The notes under the pieces were generated by a model. That model saw only the letters and a program-made list of their open reading frames with translations. It had not been told where the DNA came from and searched no databases. This document shows positions 37,554 to 46,517 of a stretch of DNA of 64,000 nt, in pieces. Each line of letters starts with the position of its first letter. The first letter of the stretch is position 1. This stretch comes from an uncultured Lachnospiraceae bacterium. Its GTDB lineage: Bacteria; Bacillota; Clostridia; Lachnospirales; Lachnospiraceae. The stretch lies in the NCBI GenBank assembly GCA_947644545.1, contig CANRZW010000018.1, forward strand, positions 1,266-65,265, written 5' to 3'. A program made the translations under genes and the position numbers.

Positions 37554-38483
37554 ATGAGATTTGTCAATACACCTTATGATGACGTATTCCGTACATTGAT
37601 CAATGAAGTTTTCGGTGAGCGGTATTCGGGGAAGGAAAAGATCGTCTTTTCACCAAATGAACACTTTATGAACCGTCAGGACGGGGAAGAAGGAGAACGG
37701 GTATCGGATACGAGTTTTAAGATAATAGCAGGGACAGAGACAAAGAAGTACCATTGGGAATGCCAGAGCAGTGCAGACAGCAGTATGCTGGTCAGGTTTT
37801 TTGAGTATGATACCCAGATTGCATTGGATGAAGGAGAGATAAAGAAAGATGTCCTTACTGTGACATTACCGAATTCTGCGGTATTGTTCCTGCGATGTGA
37901 TGATGCGACACCAGACCGGATGAAGATAGAAATCGTCACACCCGGCGGCACGGTTAGTTATCCTATCCCTGTTATGAAATCGCAGCAGTACGGCATAGAT
38001 GAGATCTTTGAGAAAGGGCTGCTGTTCCTGATCCCGTTCTATATCTTTTCTCATGAGAGCCGTTTTAAAGAATACGATGGAGATAAGGATAAGTTAAGAG
38101 AATTACAGAGAGAATATAAGGATATAACAGACAGGATCGAGCAGTTGTTAAATGCCGGGGAGATCAGTGAGTATACAAAATGTACTATTATGGATATGTC
38201 GAATAAAGTACTGGTACATATCGCCAGGAAATATGAAAATGTCATGGAAGGAGTGAAACAGGTCATGGGTGGAAAAGTTCTTGATTATGAGGCAAAGCGG
38301 ATAAAAAATGAAGGTATAGAGGAAGGTATAAAAGAAGGTATAGTAGAGGGCAAAGCGGCCGGTATCGTTGAAACAGGTGTTGACGTTGGCCTTTCAGACA
38401 AAGAGATTCTGGATAAACTTCAGATTAAATTGAATATATCTTTGCAGATGGCGCAGGAGTATTTCTCCAGATATGGAAAATAA
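37554..38483 (+). CDS. Rpn/YhgA-like PD-(D/E)XK nuclease (putative transposase-like) family protein
   Basis: Core pattern ...SDTSFKI...YHWECQSS...RFFEYD. The C-terminal repetitive IEEGIKEGIVEGKAAGIVE segment is typical of this family. Confidence 0.5.
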   Translation: MRFVNTPYDDVFRTLINEVFGERYSGKEKIVFSPNEHFMNRQDGEEGERVSDTSFKIIAGTETKKYHWECQSSADSSMLVRFFEYDTQIALDEGEIKKDVLTVTLPNSAVLFLRCDDATPDRMKIEIVTPGGTVSYPIPVMKSQQYGIDEIFEKGLLFLIPFYIFSHESRFKEYDGDKDKLRELQREYKDITDRIEQLLNAGEISEYTKCTIMDMSNKVLVHIARKYENVMEGVKQVMGGKVLDYEAKRIKNEGIEEGIKEGIVEGKAAGIVETGVDVGLSDKEILDKLQIKLNISLQMAQEYFSRYGK

Positions 38484-38593
38484 AGTGCGAAGAGAAAACC
38501 GGTTATGCAGTCAGAAGAAATTTTGGTCGTATTAGTTGGTTTGGCAGTTGTCGAAATAACCTTAGTTGACACTTTAGACGCTTTCAATAATTT

Positions 38594-38626
38594 GCCCCGG
38601 TGACTTAAATCACCAGGGCATTTTTT
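38594..38626 (+). terminator. Terminator between the Rpn-like gene and the convergent ABC permease gene
   Basis: gccccggtga-cttaaa-tcaccagggc stem (one mismatch) followed by atttttt. Confidence 0.7.
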
Positions 38627-40760
38627 AGTCAGACAGGGGGTTCTTAAGATATATGCCCAACTTCTGTCTGATCCCGGCAACAGTAACCCGGTAAACCCCG
38701 TAGATCAGTATGCTAAGCGCCGCCTCGATTCCCAGGCACGCCCCCAGCGATACGATCTCGCTGTATACGAGCTGCCCGTCATTGCCGTACAGCAGCAGAA
38801 TAAAAAACAGGTAGACAGCGATCAGCGCCACCACAGCCGGCACCTTGAAGACACTGCCGCACTGGCTTCTCACTTCCCTGTCCAGGAAGCCGGGAGATGC
38901 TCCCAGTTTCTTTAGATCGTCGAAGATGTAGCGGTTGTTTAAGGCGATGGTCTGACAGCGGGTATAACAGATGATCAGAACCGTCAGAATGCATACGATG
39001 AAAATAAACAGGAACATCATCAAAAATACGGACGTGGACAGCAGGAAATCGTTCATGCTTAAAATACGGAACCGGGGGATATATTCCCAGCTTTGGCGAA
39101 AGGTGAGGGAATCTGCTTCGGCCGGATCGATATGCATAATGGGATCGGACGCCTGCCAGTCTGCGATACCCTGTTCTTCGGCCCTGATGGTGGTGATCCG
39201 ATCGTGGTACACGGAAGTAAAGCAATTTTCATCAAAGCACGAAACCATGTGGTGAAAAAGGGCGTCGGCAAAGGGATAGTTGTCTTTGCCGTCCACATTA
39301 AAGGATACGATCCTGCCTTTCCAGTCATCGGTCAGGCCTTCCGAGAGCAGTGCGTAATCCGTATTGTCCACTACACAATAGCCGCGCACGTCTGCCATCA
39401 GGTCGTAATGGAGAAGTCCCGCATATTGGGTGGAGATCTGTGTGCGTGTGACCATATTGGTGATGTGTTTCGTGCTGTTGATCATGGAGAGGGCTGTTTC
39501 CTCCTGATTGGTGATACACAGGTAAGTGCCGGGGAGGACATCTATATTCTCGCCGGTGAGCGTGTTCCACGTGTCTTCGGAGATGACTCTTTTTTCCATG
39601 CATATGGGGACGTATTCATCATGCCAGTGTTTGCCGTCTTCCTCCATTATGCTGGAGAGGGCGCCGAACGCCAGCGTGATATAGTCGAATTCGCCCCAGT
39701 CTTTTAAGGACAGGCCGTATTCTGCGGCGAGCGTTTCTATGGACTCCCTGTCCGGCAGGGTCTGGTCGGCCCGGTAGTGATAGAAATAATCGTAGGGCTG
39801 GGCATGATATCCCATGATCGTGCCGATGGACATGATGGGGATATAGAAGATGCCGAAACAGGCGCTGGCAATCAGCAGCGTAACGACGATCATATTGTTT
39901 ACGGTCTGTTTTCCCTGAAATTTCATCATGCTTCGGGCAATAATATTCTTGTAGGGAGCATGTTTACGGCGTCCAAACCCGTGGACCACGGTATGGAGCA
40001 TGATCATATAAAGCCCTGCAAATGCCGGCGCATAGAGGAGGTTCATCCAGACAGGCGGCAGAGCTTGAACCTTATAATAATAGAAAATGGGCGTGCAGTA
40101 TCCAAGAAGAAGCCCGGCGGCAAGAAGGATACAACCCGCCGGTGCGCACCATTTTCCAGGCTCCTTTACGGGTTCGTTGATGTGTTCTTCCCGTATGACC
40201 TCCATGATATTGGTCCTGCGCAGATAGTGCCAGGCGAGGAGGCAGGAAAAAGCGGCCACCGCCAGCAGGAATGCAAAGGAGATCAGCAGGCATACAGGAT
40301 CAAAGGAAAGTCTCATATCCGAGCTGTCAATGAGGAGCAGCCGGAAGAGCGACCAGATAATCCAGATAAAAGGAAATCCGGCCAGAATGCCCGCCGTGCA
40401 GGAGAAGCCGCTTAAGAACAGGACTTCCCGGAATAAGCCCGGCATCAGCCTCTTCCTGGAAGCGCCCAGCGCCATCAGGATGCCCAGCTGCCTTGATTTA
40501 TGCCGGAAAAAGAGGCCGGCGGCATAGATGGTAAACACAACGCAGCCGATCAATGTCAGTATGAAGATGGCGTTCATCTGTTTGCGGCTGTCCCCGCCCG
40601 GCGGGAAAGTGGTCTGTACCGTCGGCGACAGCATCATGCCCGAGTAGGCGGAAATGATCATCAATGCGGTAAAATTACAGAACAGATACAGATGCGCGTG
40701 CTTCCGGTCCGCCCGCTGCAGCTTCTGCTCCATTTTTTTCATGGTTAAAGTCTGTGACAT
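38625..40760 (-). CDS. FtsX-domain ABC transporter permease, BceB-like (10 TM with large extracytoplasmic loop)
   Basis: 711 aa. TM clusters lie at both ends and a soluble region of about 220 aa lies between them. It sits directly downstream of the ATPase gene. Confidence 0.8.
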   Translation of the reverse strand: MSQTLTMKKMEQKLQRADRKHAHLYLFCNFTALMIISAYSGMMLSPTVQTTFPPGGDSRKQMNAIFILTLIGCVVFTIYAAGLFFRHKSRQLGILMALGASRKRLMPGLFREVLFLSGFSCTAGILAGFPFIWIIWSLFRLLLIDSSDMRLSFDPVCLLISFAFLLAVAAFSCLLAWHYLRRTNIMEVIREEHINEPVKEPGKWCAPAGCILLAAGLLLGYCTPIFYYYKVQALPPVWMNLLYAPAFAGLYMIMLHTVVHGFGRRKHAPYKNIIARSMMKFQGKQTVNNMIVVTLLIASACFGIFYIPIMSIGTIMGYHAQPYDYFYHYRADQTLPDRESIETLAAEYGLSLKDWGEFDYITLAFGALSSIMEEDGKHWHDEYVPICMEKRVISEDTWNTLTGENIDVLPGTYLCITNQEETALSMINSTKHITNMVTRTQISTQYAGLLHYDLMADVRGYCVVDNTDYALLSEGLTDDWKGRIVSFNVDGKDNYPFADALFHHMVSCFDENCFTSVYHDRITTIRAEEQGIADWQASDPIMHIDPAEADSLTFRQSWEYIPRFRILSMNDFLLSTSVFLMMFLFIFIVCILTVLIICYTRCQTIALNNRYIFDDLKKLGASPGFLDREVRSQCGSVFKVPAVVALIAVYLFFILLLYGNDGQLVYSEIVSLGACLGIEAALSILIYGVYRVTVAGIRQKLGIYLKNPLSD

Positions 40761-40775
40761 ATCAATACCTCCGAA

Positions 40776-41513
40776 TTATTTAGTCATCTCTTTGATCGCA
40801 ATAAGCAGCTGGTCCTGAAACTGCCCGCGCTCACCCTGCCGCTCCAGCTGGCGGTAGATGGAACCGTCTTTTAAAAGGATCACGCGGTCGCAGAAGGAAG
40901 CGGCAAAGCTGTCGTGGGTTACCATAAAGATCGTAGCGTCCATGCGTTTCTTTACCTCTCCGAAGCTCTCGATCACGGCGCGGCTGGACTTGGAATCCAG
41001 ATTGCCGGTAGGTTCGTCCGCAAGGATGATCAGGGGATTGTTGATCAGGCTGCGCGCCACGGCCGCCCGTTGTTTCTCGCCGCCGGAGATCTCGGCCGGG
41101 TATTTGGCTGCGATATGCTGGATGCCGAAAAGAGCCGTCAGCCTGTCGGCAAGCTCCTCCGCCTCTCTGGACACTTCGCCCTGTACGATTCGCGGCACCA
41201 GAATATTTTCACGGATGGTCAGCCCGTCTAAGAGCATGAAATCCTGAAAGACAAAACCGAGCTGTGTATTCCGAAAGTGCGCCAGTCCGGCATCGTCAAG
41301 GCCCGCCAGATTGGTGCCGCCGATGGTGATCTCTCCCTTATCGAAGGGGATATAGCAGGAAATACAGTTGAGAAGAGTGGTCTTTCCCGAGCCGGAAGGT
41401 CCCATGACAGCCACGAATTCCCCCTTTTCCACACAGAAATCGACACCGTTTAACACCTGATATTTGTTCTTTCCCGTCTGATAGGATTTGTATAGATTCT
41501 TGACATATAACAT
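40776..41513 (-). CDS. ABC transporter ATP-binding protein (BceA/MacB-type)
   Basis: Walker A GPSGSGKTTLLN, signature ISGGEKQRAAVARSL, Walker B ILADEPTGNLD. ATG at 41513 (MLYVKNLYKSY). Confidence 0.93.
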   Translation of the reverse strand: MLYVKNLYKSYQTGKNKYQVLNGVDFCVEKGEFVAVMGPSGSGKTTLLNCISCYIPFDKGEITIGGTNLAGLDDAGLAHFRNTQLGFVFQDFMLLDGLTIRENILVPRIVQGEVSREAEELADRLTALFGIQHIAAKYPAEISGGEKQRAAVARSLINNPLIILADEPTGNLDSKSSRAVIESFGEVKKRMDATIFMVTHDSFAASFCDRVILLKDGSIYRQLERQGERGQFQDQLLIAIKEMTK

Positions 41514-41855
41514 ATAGATACCTCGCTTTCCCTGTAATCTGTTAAAAGAATAGCACGCGGCATACCGGTCCGGTCTGCAGGGTGTCAAAAACGGTGGGTC
41601 TGATTGTCATTTTTGGAGAGCGGAAGCGGGTTTTGTAAAGTTTGGCGGTATTCTCCGTAAAGTTTGGAGCAGAGGAAAAGAGTGGACGTGTACTTTGGGG
41701 ATTGGGTTATGGTAAGATGTAGACACGGGAAATGATTCCCCGGGTGATGCCGGATAGCGTGACGGGAACAGGGACTTGTCTGGATGCCGTAAATCCCGGA
41801 TTGTTACAGAACGATATGACTGACCGGATCTTCATGGAAGAGGGAGGAGAATTGC

Positions 41856-42566
41856 ATGTTACGGATCGCGATATGTGACGATGAGGCGGATGCGAGAGAC
41901 GCGCTGCGTTTTCAGCTGGAAAAGGCACTTATGGAGAAGTCGGAAGAGATCGTATATGAGTTTTCCGCCGGAAGTAATGCCGTATCGTGGCTTGGAAAGC
42001 ATCCGGGAGAGGTGGATTTACTTTTTCTGGATATTGAGATGAAGGGTTTAAACGGCATGGAGACGGCAAAGCAGATCAGGACATTTGATGAGCGGATCAT
42101 GATCGTTTTTCTGACGGGCTACAGCGAGTTTGTATTTGAGGGCTACAGTGTGGGTGCGCTGGATTACATGCTCAAACCGGTCACGGCGCAGAAGCTGATG
42201 GAAGTGCTTTGCCGGGTGCGGACGCGGTTGGAGCAGGAGGAAGATAAGGCTTTTTCTTTCAAAAATGCGGACGGAACGTGGCGGTTTTTGCTGCAGGATA
42301 TCCTCTGTTTCTGTTCTGACAAACGTATAGTCACGCTGGTCACAGAGCAGGGGGAATATTATTTCTATGCGAAGCTGGACGAGATCGAAGCGCGGCTGGG
42401 CGGCCGGTTTGTGCGGATCCATCAACGTTATCTGGTGAATCCGGCCCGGGTGGATCATCTGGGCAGCGATGCGGTCATGGTGGGCGGCCGGCAGCTGCCG
42501 TGCAGCAGAAACCACAGGGAAGAGGCCATGAAGAAGATTGCCAGATCCATGCTGGGTGGCTGTTAG
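41856..42566 (+). CDS. LytTR-family response regulator
   Basis: Receiver domain (RIAICDDE, DLLFLDIEM, MLKP) plus a LytTR output (ILCFCSDKRIVTLVTEQGEYYFYAKLDEIEARL...FVRIHQRYLVN). Confidence 0.9.
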   Translation: MLRIAICDDEADARDALRFQLEKALMEKSEEIVYEFSAGSNAVSWLGKHPGEVDLLFLDIEMKGLNGMETAKQIRTFDERIMIVFLTGYSEFVFEGYSVGALDYMLKPVTAQKLMEVLCRVRTRLEQEEDKAFSFKNADGTWRFLLQDILCFCSDKRIVTLVTEQGEYYFYAKLDEIEARLGGRFVRIHQRYLVNPARVDHLGSDAVMVGGRQLPCSRNHREEAMKKIARSMLGGC

Positions 42567-42604
42567 GACAGCACATAGAGAGGAATGGACAGAAGGAACG
42601 GGAA

Positions 42605-43894
42605 ATGATTATAAATTGTTTTTTTATCATAATAAATGGAATAAATGGAGCGGCGGCTTATCTGCTGCTGCAGGGAATGAAGAAATTGATCGCCGTACCG
42701 AAGAAGCGGTGGAAGCAGGCTGTCCTGTGGGGAAGCTGCTGGCTGCTGTTGGCGATGATTATTTATATGGGGGACTGGGCAAATATTCTGCCGACAGTTC
42801 TTTTCTTCCTGCTTGTGATCAGGGCTGTCTGTGAGGGAAGTATCTGGAAGAAAGCGACCATCGGGCTGATGTATTCCAGTACCATTCTGTCTTTTAATGT
42901 GCTGCGGGATAATTTTATCTTAACGCCTGAGGTCAGGTGTAATCATCCGGCATCATGTATGATTATCGAAGGGCTTTTGTCGCTGTTTGTGGCCCTGTGT
43001 CTGTATCTGGTGATCGGAAAATATGCGCCGGACAGAGAGTATCATCTTTCCGACAGCCTGTGGAAACTGCTTTTGCTGCTGAATGCTACGCCTTTTGGGA
43101 TTGTCCTCAGTGTGGTTCTGCTGACGACGGGGGAGGAGAGGATTTGGATGGAGATGCCGGATGGTTTTAAAGGGTATAATATTCTTGGACTGCTCCTGCT
43201 GTCACTGCTGTCTTTCATCGGTCTGTTCCAGGCGGTCATCGTGCTGGCGCGGCAGCAGCAGCTGGAAGAACAGAATATGCTGGCAGAGGTGAACCAGAGT
43301 TATTATGCGGCCATGGAACAGCAGCATTTCGCCATAAGGCGGCTGAAACATGATCTGGCCAATCATCTGGCGGTGGCGGTCACGCTGCCGGAAGCGCAGC
43401 GGGAAGATTATATCAAAAGTCTGATGGAGGACAGCGCATTTAGCCGTTCCCTGCGGTACTGTGCGGATCCGGTCGTCAATGCGGTGCTCACGGTCAAGGA
43501 AGAGCAGATGAGCCGTTACGGTATCCGGCTGGAGGCCAGGATTGATATTCCGAAAGAGCTACCCTTTGAGAAGACGGATATCTGCGCGCTTTTCTCCAAT
43601 GCGCTGGACAATGCGGGGGAGGCATGCAGACGGCTGCCGGAAGCGGAAAGAGAAGTTAGTGTGAAAAGCCGGGCACAGAAAGGGTTGTTCTGCCTGGAAG
43701 TCACCAATCCGGTGGCAGGCGAGCAGAAGAACCTGCGGCTGCAAACCTCCAAGGCGGATAAGGAAAATCATGGATTTGGTCTGAGGAGCATGAAGGAGGT
43801 CGTGGAGCGGAATCACGGAGCGATGGAGATCAGGGCGGAAGGGGAGCGCTTTGAGGTGTTTCTGTATATGCCGCTGGAGTTTTGCGGCCGATAA
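42605..43894 (+). CDS. AgrC/GHKL-type membrane sensor histidine kinase (HATPase_c_5-like)
   Basis: ATG at 42605. About six N-terminal TM helices. H-box IRRLKHDLANHL, then FSNALDNAGEA and HGFGLRSMKEVVERNHG. Confidence 0.85.
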   Translation: MIINCFFIIINGINGAAAYLLLQGMKKLIAVPKKRWKQAVLWGSCWLLLAMIIYMGDWANILPTVLFFLLVIRAVCEGSIWKKATIGLMYSSTILSFNVLRDNFILTPEVRCNHPASCMIIEGLLSLFVALCLYLVIGKYAPDREYHLSDSLWKLLLLLNATPFGIVLSVVLLTTGEERIWMEMPDGFKGYNILGLLLLSLLSFIGLFQAVIVLARQQQLEEQNMLAEVNQSYYAAMEQQHFAIRRLKHDLANHLAVAVTLPEAQREDYIKSLMEDSAFSRSLRYCADPVVNAVLTVKEEQMSRYGIRLEARIDIPKELPFEKTDICALFSNALDNAGEACRRLPEAEREVSVKSRAQKGLFCLEVTNPVAGEQKNLRLQTSKADKENHGFGLRSMKEVVERNHGAMEIRAEGERFEVFLYMPLEFCGR

Positions 43895-44024
43895 CCCAAA
43901 ACAACCGGCTGTCACTGGCGGGCTGTACATTTTGAGAAAGCTGTTGCTTTTTATATCGTACTGCGATATACTAACTATATCGAAGTACAATGTATCGCAC
44001 TGAAATAGGTGGGAGGTATGTAAA

Positions 44025-44339
44025 ATGGATCAACATATTAAAAAAGTGTACGTTCCTATGACGGAAACTGCTTTTTTCATTTTACTGTGTCTACGAAAAC
44101 CTAATCATGGATATGGTATTGTTCAAATGGTTGAAAAAATGACAGACGGAGCTATCAGACTTACACCCGGCACGATGTACGGGAGTTTATCAAAAATGGA
44201 AAAAGACAATGTAATCCGTTTTATTCGTGAAGAAGATAAGCGAAAAATCTATCAAATCACGAATTTAGGGCTAGAAGTCTTACAGCTTGAACGGAAACGA
44301 ATTGAACGCTTATATAAGATAGCTCAGGAGGAAATGTAG
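44025..44339 (+). CDS. PadR-family transcriptional regulator
   Basis: LLCLRKPNHGYGIVQMVEKMTDGAIRLTPGTMYGSLSKMEKDNVI is a PadR winged helix. Confidence 0.88.
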   Translation: MDQHIKKVYVPMTETAFFILLCLRKPNHGYGIVQMVEKMTDGAIRLTPGTMYGSLSKMEKDNVIRFIREEDKRKIYQITNLGLEVLQLERKRIERLYKIAQEEM

Positions 44340-44340
44340 A

Positions 44341-44877
44341 ATGGAAATCAAAAATCAATTCAAATGGTTTACAATATTTGAATATGAAAAAGAACAGGAT
44401 TATTTGCGGGAAATGCACAAGTCAGGTTGGAAATTTGGTAAGGTAACGGGCCTGGGAATGTACCATTTTGAAAAATGCCTTCCGCAGGATGTGGTCTATC
44501 AACTGGATTATAACAAAGACGGACTTGCAAATAAAGATGAGTATTTGAAAATGTTTGATGACTGCGGTTGGGAATACATACAGGATTTTTTTGGTTACAG
44601 TTATTTTAGAAAAGCTGTTTCTGACGATGGTATAGCAGAAGAAATTTTTTGCGATGATGAATCAAGACTTCAGATGATGCAACGGGTATTAAGAGGAAGA
44701 ATGTTGCCGCTGTTAATTATATTTTTTCTCATACTATTGCCGCTGTTGATTACCAACTTGTTTGACACGCACAATTATTTTATAGCTGCATTTGTTGGTG
44801 GTGTTTTAACCATGTACATTATGATATTCGTTACATTCTTTGTGAAATATAGTCAGTATAAGAGCAACAGAAAATAA
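44341..44877 (+). CDS. DUF2812-like membrane protein (usual PadR partner)
   Basis: FEYEKEQDYLREMHKSGWKF plus two C-terminal TM helices, adjacent to padR. Confidence 0.65.
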   Translation: MEIKNQFKWFTIFEYEKEQDYLREMHKSGWKFGKVTGLGMYHFEKCLPQDVVYQLDYNKDGLANKDEYLKMFDDCGWEYIQDFFGYSYFRKAVSDDGIAEEIFCDDESRLQMMQRVLRGRMLPLLIIFFLILLPLLITNLFDTHNYFIAAFVGGVLTMYIMIFVTFFVKYSQYKSNRK

Positions 44878-44888
44878 TTTAAGGAAGA

Positions 44889-44913
44889 GAGGACAGGCAT
44901 AAAGCCTGTCCTC
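44889..44913. terminator. Hairpin between the convergent DUF2812 and rubredoxin genes
   Basis: gaggacaggc-ataaa-gcctgtcctc forms a perfect 10-bp stem. The flanking T-runs are weak. Confidence 0.55.
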
Positions 44914-44943
44914 TGATCGTAATACACCTGGTGGCGTATTCTT

Positions 44944-45117
44944 TTAGTTAAAGTTGTCGATGCAGGGCTGGAACATATCCTTGGTTACGCCGCAAAGAGG
45001 GCAGCACCAGTCAGCCGGCAGATCTTCAAATGCTGTGCCGGGCTTGATGCCGTGCTCCGGATCACCCTTTTCAGGATCATATGTATAACCACAGGGATTG
45101 CAGAAATATTTATTCAT
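44944..45117 (-). CDS. rd: Rubredoxin (57 aa; absent from the supplied ORF track because it is under 60 aa)
   Basis: My translation is [57 protein letters not shown]. It carries CxxCG and CPxCG knuckles. SD GGAGGA lies 8 nt upstream. Confidence 0.9.
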   Translation of the reverse strand: MNKYFCNPCGYTYDPEKGDPEHGIKPGTAFEDLPADWCCPLCGVTKDMFQPCIDNFN

Positions 45118-45300
45118 GAGTAGTATCCTCCATTTTATGATATAGTCTGTTCGTATCTGTCTGTAATTTTGTCAATGTAACTGCGCATCTGATCATTCGG
45201 CCAAACGTAAATGGCCGTTAACATGGCAGTTATATAGAAGTGAGCAGACAGTCATTGAGACTTACCGGAACAATAACTGCCTGCTGTTCCTGCCTGATGA

Positions 45301-45840
45301 TTAGCCGAAGTATCTCTTTAAGAGACCTGCAAAAGCCTTGCCATGACGAGCCTCGTCGCGGGCCATCTCATGAACGGTGTCATGGATCGCATCAAGGTTA
45401 GCAGCTTTAGCGCGCTTAGCCAGATCGAACTTGCCTGCCGTAGCGCCGTTCTCAGCTTCTACTCTCATCTCCAGATTCTTCTTGGTGGAATCTGTTACAA
45501 CTTCGCCGAGCAGTTCTGCAAACTTAGCAGCATGCTCTGCCTCTTCCCATGCAGCCTTCTCCCAGTACAGACCGATCTCAGGATAGCCTTCTCTGTGTGC
45601 AACTCTTGCCATTGCAAGATACATACCTACCTCTGTGCACTCGCCGTTAAAGTTAGCGCGAAGGTCAGCCATGATGTCCTCGCTGACACCCTTAGCAACG
45701 CCTACAACGTGCTCAGCAGCCCATTCCATCTCGCCGCCCTGTGCAGTGAACTTCTCAGCAGGCGCATTACATACCGGACATTTCTCCGGAGCAGCATCTC
45801 CCTCGTGTACATAGCCACATACCTGACATACAAATTTCAT
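45301..45840 (-). CDS. rbr: Reverse rubrerythrin (N-terminal rubredoxin-like CxxC...CxxC, C-terminal ferritin-like diiron domain)
   Basis: [14 protein letters not shown]...CPVCNAP, followed by ExxH diiron motifs ([20 protein letters not shown]). The start is likely ATG at 45840, after aggaga. Confidence 0.88.
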   Translation of the reverse strand: MKFVCQVCGYVHEGDAAPEKCPVCNAPAEKFTAQGGEMEWAAEHVVGVAKGVSEDIMADLRANFNGECTEVGMYLAMARVAHREGYPEIGLYWEKAAWEEAEHAAKFAELLGEVVTDSTKKNLEMRVEAENGATAGKFDLAKRAKAANLDAIHDTVHEMARDEARHGKAFAGLLKRYFG

Positions 45841-45974
45841 AATCATGTTCTCCTTTTCTTTTTGAAATATATTGTAAGACATTACATAGAAAATATGCTT
45901 GTCTTAGTTCGCAATCTTATAATTTATAATACGACCTGGCAGGAGGTTAGCCATAAGTCAATTTGCCTTGCAAA

Positions 45975-46358
45975 TTAACTTTCCCTGCAGTCACCACAGA
46001 TTCCGTGGAAATAAGTGACATGTCCCCGGATCTCTCCGTCAAAACTTCGACCTGCCAGATCCATGATATGATCGAGGCTGTCCATTCTCAAGTCGATGAT
46101 CCGCCCGCACTGGGTGCAGACAAAATGGTAATGAGCGGAAGTATCCGCATCAAAATGATCAACACCGTCGTCGAAACGCAAACGCTGTATCTCACCGATA
46201 TCCGCAAGTAAAGAAAGATTGCGGTATACAGTGCCGAGACTGATATTAGGATATTCATTTCGGACATTCATATATACCGTATCGGCAGTCGGATGATCTT
46301 TGCGAGTCATCAGGAAGTCCTTGATCACTTGTCTTTGTCTGCTGTATTTGAGTGCCAT
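45975..46358 (-). CDS. perR: Fur-family regulator, PerR-like
   Basis: HPTADTVY...ISLGTVYRNL...HYHFVCTQCGRI...CGDC. It lies directly upstream of the rubrerythrin and rubredoxin genes. Confidence 0.85.
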   Translation of the reverse strand: MALKYSRQRQVIKDFLMTRKDHPTADTVYMNVRNEYPNISLGTVYRNLSLLADIGEIQRLRFDDGVDHFDADTSAHYHFVCTQCGRIIDLRMDSLDHIMDLAGRSFDGEIRGHVTYFHGICGDCRES

Positions 46359-46517
46359 TTCAACTCCTTAAAAATAGGAATCATTACTATTTATGAAATA
46401 AATATATCAAATATGGAAGAATCTGTCAACCATGAAAGAAATATTATTATAAACAAAGAACAGGAAGAAAATGTAGTTAGCCCCATTGATTTTAAAGCGT
46501 GGGATGAACTGTTACAA

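Noticed and set aside
43963-43981. A palindrome tatatcg-tactg-cgatata lies upstream of padR.
   Set aside because: It is a plausible PadR autoregulatory operator, which is expected biology. I did not pursue it as a finding.
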